Source: a virus
Lineage: Duplodnaviria > Caudoviricetes
DNA: 64,000 nt
Reading direction: 5' to 3' (one strand)
IMG/VR virus record: IMGVR_UViG_3300014204_000179
Span: 5,325-69,324 of that record
Positions 56,898 through 64,000 of the stretch are shown piece by piece (within the stretch, counting starts at the first letter, position 1; each line of letters starts with the position of its first letter). The notes under the pieces are model-generated. The model did not search any database and was not told where the DNA came from. It was given only the letters and a program-made list of their open reading frames with translations. The position numbers and the translations under genes are program-made.

Positions 56898-57419
56898 TTA
56901 TTTTCGAAGGGTATATGTTCCACCAACCGGATATTTTGAATTAATACCTTCAGTAAGTTTCAATTTTAATTCTGCTCCATTAAAAACATTCGCATTAATA
57001 ATTTCAAATTTCATTTGTACTATACCAACAAGACTAAGTGTAATTGTGTTATTTGCTACAGTAAAATCACATTCTTTTTTCAAATTTTTCGAAGGATCAC
57101 CACTATATGTACAATCACTAAATGTTGTAATAATATCATTGGTTATATTCAAATTAAGTGTAATATATAAATAACCACCATTTGGATTTTGTGCATCATA
57201 ACAAAGACTTTGATTACACTCAGTAATTATATCACCATTAAAATCAAGTGATACAAAATTCCAATCACCAACTAAATCAGCAGCAGTTATTCCATGTGCA
57301 ACTGTAGTTGTATCAACAGGCACATCAGGAGTTCCAATTTCTTCTTTTTCACATGATGTATTTAAAAACATCAGAGAAAATAATAATACTATTAAATAAT
57401 TTACTTTTTTCATATTCAT
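56898..57419 (-). CDS. Lipoprotein with lipocalin-like domain
   Basis: Signal MKKVNYLIVLLFSLMFLNTS-C, then EKEE, then LVGDWNFVS. Confidence 0.8.
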   Translation of the reverse strand: MNMKKVNYLIVLLFSLMFLNTSCEKEEIGTPDVPVDTTTVAHGITAADLVGDWNFVSLDFNGDIITECNQSLCYDAQNPNGGYLYITLNLNITNDIITTFSDCTYSGDPSKNLKKECDFTVANNTITLSLVGIVQMKFEIINANVFNGAELKLKLTEGINSKYPVGGTYTLRK

Positions 57420-57507
57420 AATTTTTTAGTTAAACATATTTGATAATACGAACAAAAAATAAAATGGTTACAAATTTTATAAAAAAAATTTAAGGTATTT
57501 ATATTAT

Positions 57508-58677
57508 ATGGATAATTCAGTTAAAATATTACTTAACAGTCATAAAAATATCAATAGTGTTGATATTGATAATTACGAAAAAGTGGAATTGTTAAATAAA
57601 AGTTCCAATATTATTGAATATGATATTAAAAATGTATTAAGTGCTACTGAAATATTTGATGCTGAAAGAGAAGCAAATCCAATATATAGAATCTATGGTG
57701 GTTTTGAATATTTATCATTATTAAATGGTTTAAGTTTAAATTATCAATATTTTGAAGATTTTTTTATTCCCTTATCAGGTAATTGTAAAACCATTGAAAA
57801 TTCATTTAGGTTTTATTTATTAAAACCAGCAACTGGATATACAAAAATTACCACAAAATCAACACAATATATCAGATATTATGAAGTAATTGCAGTTCCA
57901 AGCCAATTTGAATTATATCCTGCAGGTTTTTCTAAAAATATATATGGTGAACAAACATATGCATTTAATTTTCTTACTGACATTGATGTTTCAAATTATT
58001 TTGACGCTTTTGGATTTCCAATAACAGAATTATTTCTATATGCACAATATGTACCAACAATTGGAAAGGATGAATCACTTCAAATCAAATCATTTAATAG
58101 TATATATGGTGATTCTGCAGTAACTACAAGAAGTACTTTAAATAATGATATTTTAAATATTGGTGATTTAATTTATGGGGATTTAATTGAATATTCTAAA
58201 TCTGATTATTATCAAACACAATTAATAGAACAAACATATTATATTATAACAAAAGTAAAAATAAAGACCAATTTATCGATAACAAAAACTATAGTTTGGA
58301 AATATAATCCATTTATTCCATTTAAATTAAGATATTTAAGTGATAATTTAAGTAAAGCAAATAGCAGTAACACTTCATATGAAATAGCTTCAAATATTCC
58401 AATCTATGCAACAAATTTAGATAATAATGGTAATTTTGTTTGGAGAGAAATATTAGAACAGGGATATATTGATCCATTATCTGGAATTGGTGTTAATTAT
58501 CCTTTTGTTAATAAACGAAGATATTTATTTTCTAATATAATATTAGATGTTGCACCTGATTTAGAAAGTGGTGATACTTATGAGATGTTTAATACAATTA
58601 ATTTTACAATAAACTCAGAATCTATTAAAATTACACCATTGAGTGATCCAAATAATATAGGAAGTCCATGTCAATAA
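57508..58677 (+). CDS. Probable virion structural protein
   Basis: 389-aa ORF with GTATTTAT at 57495-57502. Confidence 0.6.
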   Translation: MDNSVKILLNSHKNINSVDIDNYEKVELLNKSSNIIEYDIKNVLSATEIFDAEREANPIYRIYGGFEYLSLLNGLSLNYQYFEDFFIPLSGNCKTIENSFRFYLLKPATGYTKITTKSTQYIRYYEVIAVPSQFELYPAGFSKNIYGEQTYAFNFLTDIDVSNYFDAFGFPITELFLYAQYVPTIGKDESLQIKSFNSIYGDSAVTTRSTLNNDILNIGDLIYGDLIEYSKSDYYQTQLIEQTYYIITKVKIKTNLSITKTIVWKYNPFIPFKLRYLSDNLSKANSSNTSYEIASNIPIYATNLDNNGNFVWREILEQGYIDPLSGIGVNYPFVNKRRYLFSNIILDVAPDLESGDTYEMFNTINFTINSESIKITPLSDPNNIGSPCQ

Positions 58678-59498
58678 TTAAACAAAGAATTAAATTTAAT
58701 GAACAAGATTTGTTTATTAAATTCCCATTAAATATTTATGATAGTTTTGTTGGATATCAACAAGAAATTGATAGTTTAACACAAGTAACTGGAATTGATT
58801 TAATTAATCCTGTTATTGATGGTGAAATTTATAGATTTATATATAATAAAAGTATTAGTGATACTACAATACAATTTTATTTTTTACAAAATGATTTATT
58901 ACAATTAAATTTTTTTACAAATCTTGTAAGTAACATAAATAATACCACATATAATGATATGACATTAAATAGTTTTTTTATTTTAGATTTTTACGACACT
59001 TATGATATAAATAAACAAAGAAAAATATTTACAACATATTTAACAAAAATATTGGAAGGGGAAAAATCGGGTATTGTGCCATTACCAAAATATATAATAT
59101 CACCAACGAAAAAAAATCAACTATATTATTGGAATGTACCTTTATCATATATTAATTCAATTACGGGTTCTTCAATAGTAAATTGTTATGTTAAATTTAG
59201 TTTTTATAGTGCTGCTGAAGGAAAAGTATTACTTTATTATAATTATGATAATAGAATGCTAAAAACACCTGAAAAACTATTTGTAAAAGCCGAATTAAAT
59301 CTATCAAATAGAATGTGGCGATTTTTAACCCCAACATATACAATTAAATTATATCAATTGAATGAAACTACAGATAATATGTTTGAAGAAAAGGTTAATA
59401 ATGCAATTGAGAAATTTGATCTAAAAAAACAAATATTTCCACCTAATAATGTTTTTGATTATCAAACTGGTGTATATATTAGTGGTGCAACAACTTAA
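58668..59498 (+). CDS. Probable virion structural protein
   Basis: 276-aa ORF coupled to the upstream gene. Confidence 0.6.
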   Translation: MSIIKQRIKFNEQDLFIKFPLNIYDSFVGYQQEIDSLTQVTGIDLINPVIDGEIYRFIYNKSISDTTIQFYFLQNDLLQLNFFTNLVSNINNTTYNDMTLNSFFILDFYDTYDINKQRKIFTTYLTKILEGEKSGIVPLPKYIISPTKKNQLYYWNVPLSYINSITGSSIVNCYVKFSFYSAAEGKVLLYYNYDNRMLKTPEKLFVKAELNLSNRMWRFLTPTYTIKLYQLNETTDNMFEEKVNNAIEKFDLKKQIFPPNNVFDYQTGVYISGATT

Positions 59499-60358
59499 AT
59501 TAAATTATAACCAATTTTTGGTTTTCTAATAGTTTTAACTATTTCAAATTCTTTTTCATCTTGAATGAAAGCTAATGCTTTTAATGCATATTTAGAAACA
59601 AAAAATCTATCACCATCAATATTTTCAATAGGATTTGATTCAGCAAAACCTTCAAAATGTAAAGGTATTGGATTTCCTTTAATATTCAAATAGTCTTGAC
59701 GTGAAGCAAAATTTTTAAGTACTTGTTCATCATATTGATTCACATCAACTCTATATTTTGTAAATAAAACTGCTTCATATGTTAAATCAACATTTACAGG
59801 TTCGGGCATTCTAAATTGTAAATATATTATTTCTCCCTCATCAAGAATTGGAACATTCATATATCTAAATTTACGTGGTTGCGGAATACGATATTTTGAT
59901 CCAAGACGAGTTCCGGGTTGTTTATCAATACGTCTAACAGTAATATATGGAGTTGGAACATTATTATCATTATCCATAAATTTCCATGTTTTACTAAATT
60001 CACCCCAACGATCATTATCAAGATAAAATGTTGGTACAATTCTTCCATCAATAACTGCTTTCATATTATCTTGATTAACATAATCAAAAACTGCTTGATC
60101 AATATCTTCAAGTATAATAGTTCTTGGTAGATATTTTGTTTTACTATCTGTCAAACGCATTAATTCTTCAATTCTTTCCATACCATATTTGAGATATTCC
60201 GTCCCAACCTTTGGTGGATTAACATCAAGAGTAAGTTTTACTTTTTTTGGAAGTGCCATTAAAATGTTTTTATATAAATACTCTTGCAGTTTAATTGTTA
60301 AATTATTACATTTGTGTGTTAATAACATTTTTATATGATAGTTGAAAGGAAAGAACAC
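59495..60358 (-). CDS. Probable neck/tail-terminator-type protein (likely start ATG 60259)
   Basis: MALPKK start follows GTATTTAT at 60274-60281; P.P.I.V.R...PEPVNVDLTY pattern. Confidence 0.5.
   Translation of the reverse strand: MFFPFNYHIKMLLTHKCNNLTIKLQEYLYKNILMALPKKVKLTLDVNPPKVGTEYLKYGMERIEELMRLTDSKTKYLPRTIILEDIDQAVFDYVNQDNMKAVIDGRIVPTFYLDNDRWGEFSKTWKFMDNDNNVPTPYITVRRIDKQPGTRLGSKYRIPQPRKFRYMNVPILDEGEIIYLQFRMPEPVNVDLTYEAVLFTKYRVDVNQYDEQVLKNFASRQDYLNIKGNPIPLHFEGFAESNPIENIDGDRFFVSKYALKALAFIQDEKEFEIVKTIRKPKIGYNLI
60284..60314 (+). promoter_or_regulatory. Bacteroidota housekeeping-sigma promoter
   Basis: TTG (60284-60286), 20-nt spacer, TACATTTG (60307-60314), upstream of the KTSC gene. Confidence 0.65.
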
Positions 60359-60679
60359 AAAGAAAATGACAATAATGTTGGTTACATTGAATGTGTGTTT
60401 GAGTCAGAGAATATTTTAAAAACCACTTATTTTCCTAATATTCAAAGACTCTACATTGCTTTTAGTAGAGGACACACATATTCATATGGTAATGTTTCTC
60501 TCGAAAAATACAAAGAATTTGAAGAAGCAGATTCTCAAGGAAAATTTTTTCACCAACAAATAAATAATAAAACTAAATATCCTGTCCGTAAAGAATTTAC
60601 TTTATATCCAAATGAAATAAATGATTTAAAAATTATTATTGAAAATAATAAATTAGATAATGACGAAGACGATGAATGA
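60335..60679 (+). CDS. KTSC-domain protein
   Basis: SENI....Y....QRLYIAFSRG.TYSY.NV....Y.EF..ADSQGKFFH..I. Confidence 0.8.
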   Translation: MIVERKEHKENDNNVGYIECVFESENILKTTYFPNIQRLYIAFSRGHTYSYGNVSLEKYKEFEEADSQGKFFHQQINNKTKYPVRKEFTLYPNEINDLKIIIENNKLDNDEDDE

Positions 60680-60983
60680 TATTAATCAATATAAAAATGT
60701 TGTTGAATTATTAAAACAAGCTCTTTTATTCTATGGAAATAAAAATAATTATTTTGGTGAAATGAAAAATGCTTCAATGATTGATTTAGATGAACATGGT
60801 TCACAAGCCAGATTTGCTCTTGATCAATTAAAAAAGTTAGAAGATTTAAATGAAAAAATGGAAAATAATTATGAAAACATTATTAATAGTTTTGATGAAA
60901 CTAAAAATCAAGAAGAATTATTAAAAACCATAGATAATTTAAAAAATTTTACCACTAAAATTATAATTGAAACACAAAAGTAG
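60660..60983 (+). CDS. Hypothetical protein
   Basis: 107-aa ORF; LKQALLFYG...D.HG..AR.AL. Confidence 0.6.
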   Translation: MTKTMNDINQYKNVVELLKQALLFYGNKNNYFGEMKNASMIDLDEHGSQARFALDQLKKLEDLNEKMENNYENIINSFDETKNQEELLKTIDNLKNFTTKIIIETQK

Positions 60984-61046
60984 TATTGGTTATAACATAG
61001 AGTATATCACATGGAGTAATTAAAAAATTATTTATTAAAATATAAT

Positions 61047-62162
61047 ATGAAATCATATCAAACACAATATGCAGAAATATTGGAAAACCTAATAAGATTT
61101 CCGCATAAACAAAGACCATCACGTATTGGTACAACACGTAGCCGATTTGTTGAAGTTATTAGAATTGATTTACAAAAAGAATTTCCTTTAATGGAAATCA
61201 AAAAAATTCAATTTAGTAATATATTACATGAATTATTATGGTTTATTCATGGTAATACTTGTAATAAATATTTAATTGATAACAGATGTAACATTTGGAC
61301 TGATGATTCTTGGAGATATTATAATGAAAAATATGTGTCATTGGGGGCTCCTAAAATTAGTAAAGATGAATTTATTGAAAATACAAAAAATAGTAAAAGT
61401 ATTTCCATTTTTGATCCAACAAATTCACAACATTCACAACTATATTATCATTATGGTGATTTAGACCGTGTTTATGGTAAACAATGGAGAAATTTTAATG
61501 GAAAAACTGACCAACTTCAAAATTGTATTAATTTATTAATAAAAAATCCAGATGACCGTAGAATAATTGTAACCGCACATAATTCTTCAGATATTGAAGA
61601 TAATGTAGTTGGTCTACCATCTTGTCACAATATGTTTCAATTTTATACAATTCCATTAACACGTAAAGAAAGAATTAATCTTCTTACTATTGACGATCTT
61701 TCAATTTCGGATATTGTAGATGATAGTGATGAAAATATTGAAAAATATTTAGATAATGCAGAAATACCGAAATTTTATTTAAATATTTGGTTTAATATTA
61801 GAAGTAATGATTTTTTTCTTGGAAATCCTTATAACATTGCAAGTTATGCTTTATTAAATCATATAATTGCAAACATTGTTAATATGATACCCAATGAATT
61901 AGTTTGTACAGCAATTGATTGTCATTTATATGAAGCACACATACTTGCAGCAGAAGAATGGGTTAATAGATATATAAAAATTATTGAAGAAAATTATATT
62001 GGTGAAACTGGTGTTGAAGAATCTCCTAATGATGTTACATTTTGTCAATCAAAAATTAAGATTAATAGAAATTTAACATCTATTGATAATATTGAAGCTG
62101 ATGATTTTGAATTAATTAATTATAATCCACAGTCATATATTAAAGCACCATTATTAACATAA
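61047..62162 (+). CDS. thyA: Thymidylate synthase
   Basis: ELLWFI.G, IW, VYGKQWR, DRRIIV, LPSCH (catalytic Cys), RSND.FLGNPYNIASYA, DCHLYE.H. Confidence 0.95.
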   Translation: MKSYQTQYAEILENLIRFPHKQRPSRIGTTRSRFVEVIRIDLQKEFPLMEIKKIQFSNILHELLWFIHGNTCNKYLIDNRCNIWTDDSWRYYNEKYVSLGAPKISKDEFIENTKNSKSISIFDPTNSQHSQLYYHYGDLDRVYGKQWRNFNGKTDQLQNCINLLIKNPDDRRIIVTAHNSSDIEDNVVGLPSCHNMFQFYTIPLTRKERINLLTIDDLSISDIVDDSDENIEKYLDNAEIPKFYLNIWFNIRSNDFFLGNPYNIASYALLNHIIANIVNMIPNELVCTAIDCHLYEAHILAAEEWVNRYIKIIEENYIGETGVEESPNDVTFCQSKIKINRNLTSIDNIEADDFELINYNPQSYIKAPLLT

Positions 62163-62205
62163 AACTAATATTCTTGAATGATATTTATATATATTAATAG
62201 TATTA

Positions 62206-62448
62206 TTGATAATAATTATTTTAATATTATTGTCGGTAATATATCGTATGAGAAAAAAATATTTCAATGATTTTGAGAAAAATCTTATCATTTTTATAAT
62301 TAACATGTATTTAGATTATGGAGAAAGTATCGATATTTTTCCGAATAAAGAAAAAAAAGAAATATTACTTCATAAAATAATTGAATTAAAAAATAAAATT
62401 GAAAATGATAAGACACACAGAAAAGTGCATAAAAAGAATAAACCCTGA
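62206..62448 (+). CDS. Hypothetical protein
   Basis: 80-aa ORF; start uncertain (ATG near 62248 is plausible). Confidence 0.4.
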   Translation: MIIIILILLSVIYRMRKKYFNDFEKNLIIFIINMYLDYGESIDIFPNKEKKEILLHKIIELKNKIENDKTHRKVHKKNKP

Positions 62449-63727
62449 ATTATATTTAGGAATATTAAAATTTTCAACAAACATTAATTTAAAAAATTTT
62501 ACTCAAAAATATTATAATTATATTAATAACTTAAAAGAAATTCCTAAATGTTTAAATTGTGATAATGATTGTAATTTTTCGGGAAACCTAAAAAAAGGAT
62601 ATTATACATATTGTTCAGTAAAATGTATGTCAAATTCTATTATAGAAAAAAATAAAATAAAGGAAACTAATCTTAAAAAATATGGTGTTGAACATCATTT
62701 AAAATTAAAATCTCAAAAAAATAAAATAAAGGAAACTAATCTTAAAAAATATGGTGTTGAATGTGTTTCGCAGGTTGATGAATTTAAAGAAAAAACAAAA
62801 CAAACTAATTTAAAAAAATATGGAGTTAATTCATATACTCAAACTAAAGAATATGATAAAAAAGCTAAAGAAACCAATTTAAAAAAATATGGAGTTGAAC
62901 ATCATTTAAAATTAAAATCTCAGGTAAATAAACAGAAAGAAACTAATTTAAAGAAATATGGTGTTGATTCATTTTTAAAAACAACCGAAGGAAAGAATAA
63001 TTTAAAAGAAAAAATATTAGAAAAATATGGATATGAATATTCATCTCAATGTCCAGAAATTAAAGAAAAAATAAAACAAACCAACATAAAAAAATATGGA
63101 GTTAATAGTCATAATCAATCAGAAGAAATAAAAAAAAAGAAGAAAAAAACATCATTAGAACATTATGGTGTTGAAAATCCTTCACAATGTTTAGATATTA
63201 TAAAAAAAATAAAAAGAACTAAATTTGAAAAATATGGTGATGAAAATTATAATAACAGAAAAAAATCTAAAGAAACGACATTAAAAAATTATGGTGTTGA
63301 AAACCCAACCCAAAATAAAGAAATAATGAAAAATATTATAAATACCATGATAGAAAGATATGGAGAGGTTTGGTTAAAACATATTCCAGCTTATAATCCA
63401 AATTCAATCATATATTTAGATTTAATTTCAAATAAAATGGGATTATCAATACAACATGCATTAAATGGTGGTGAGAAAAAATTTGTTAGATATTGGGTTG
63501 ATGGTTATATTGAAAAATATAACATTTGTATTGAATGGGACGAAAATAAACACAATAATAAAAAACAAAAAGAAAAGGATTTAAAACGAGAACTTTTTAT
63601 AAAGGAAAATTTTAATTGCCATATTATTAGAATTTTTGAAAAAGATTTTTTTAATAATATTAGTAATAATATTGATATCATTTGCAATAAAATTAATTTA
63701 ATTATAAAACAAAATTTTAATAACTAA
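62399..63727 (+). CDS. Putative homing endonuclease with KETNLKKYGV repeats and C-terminal PD-(D/E)XK domain
   Basis: About ten K.TNLKKYGV..-type repeats; YWVDGY...NICIEWDE..H...RE..I. Confidence 0.8.
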   Translation: MKMIRHTEKCIKRINPELYLGILKFSTNINLKNFTQKYYNYINNLKEIPKCLNCDNDCNFSGNLKKGYYTYCSVKCMSNSIIEKNKIKETNLKKYGVEHHLKLKSQKNKIKETNLKKYGVECVSQVDEFKEKTKQTNLKKYGVNSYTQTKEYDKKAKETNLKKYGVEHHLKLKSQVNKQKETNLKKYGVDSFLKTTEGKNNLKEKILEKYGYEYSSQCPEIKEKIKQTNIKKYGVNSHNQSEEIKKKKKKTSLEHYGVENPSQCLDIIKKIKRTKFEKYGDENYNNRKKSKETTLKNYGVENPTQNKEIMKNIINTMIERYGEVWLKHIPAYNPNSIIYLDLISNKMGLSIQHALNGGEKKFVRYWVDGYIEKYNICIEWDENKHNNKKQKEKDLKRELFIKENFNCHIIRIFEKDFFNNISNNIDIICNKINLIIKQNFNN

Positions 63728-63733
63728 AAATAT

Positions 63734-64000
63734 ATGAGTTGGGGGACAAATTTTCAAACTAATATTTATTTATCAAGACAAACATTTTTTTCAAAATATG
63801 AAATTGAAGAAAAAATAAATGAATATAATAAAACTATTAATAATATTGAAGCAACATTTAAAATGTTTGCATCTTCTACACCAAAAGATATTATACCTAC
63901 TGAATGGTGTGAAGAACCAATGAGTTGGTTAAATAATAACCTTGATGAATTGTATGAAATTTATCAAGAAACATTGATTGAACGATATAAACTTTATTTA
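63734..64000 (+). CDS. Hypothetical protein, truncated by window end
   Basis: Open frame MSWGTNFQTNIYLSRQ... of 89 codons with no stop; absent from the ORF track. Confidence 0.65.
   Translation, partial: MSWGTNFQTNIYLSRQTFFSKYEIEEKINEYNKTINNIEATFKMFASSTPKDIIPTEWCEEPMSWLNNNLDELYEIYQETLIERYKLYL

Noticed and set aside
61047-62162. dCMP hydroxymethylase or other DNA hypermodification enzyme
   Set aside because: It retains the Asn in PYNIASY that specifies dUMP, so it is an ordinary ThyA with surface insertions.
3326-63687. Short opposite-strand or overlapping ORFs in the track (e.g. 3326, 4149, 11121, 11963, 13319, 17340, 19067, 34510, 46019, 51787, 56048, 59918, 63505)
   Set aside because: They are shadow frames of well-supported genes, with low-complexity Leu/Phe/Ile-rich translations and no motifs.
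1-64000. Alternative genetic code (stop-codon reassignment)
   Set aside because: Conserved genes are full length under code 11 and coding density is high. Internal stops occur only in evident endonuclease remnants.

Overview
A 64-kb segment of a very AT-rich large myovirus-type (T4-like, contractile-tail) phage. The host is probably Bacteroidota: TTG-N20-TAnnTTTG promoters occur at 6613-6643 and 60284-60314, and there is a lipoprotein with an acidic export signal. Ordinary content includes tail sheath, tube, tape measure and baseplate genes, UvsX/RecA, SSB, a 5'-3' exonuclease, ThyA, a probable late sigma factor, a ~13-kb glycosyltransferase/methyltransferase cluster, a solo TnpB and about seven homing-endonuclease-type genes or remnants. 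Three things are not explained by the ORF track. (1) At 2188-6700 (minus strand) an operon-like locus holds six non-coding RNA units that share one covarying helix module grafted onto tRNA in three topologies: inserted in the D-loop, clamped around an intact tRNA-Thr, and joined at the variable loop of a circularly permuted tRNA-Lys. Two further units are 'empty'. The array also contains a canonical tRNA-Met and lies upstream of a Ro60/TROVE-sized vWA protein and an ARPP-1-like protein. (2) At 50319-50377 there is a free-standing 59-nt copy of the 23S rRNA L11-binding/GTPase-associated domain (H43-H44) with compensatory substitutions. (3) A perfect 53-bp inverted repeat at a strand-switch point precedes an RHH/DUF3987/primase-like module. 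All alignments, pairings and coordinates were read by hand. Family names come from motif recognition, not database searches.
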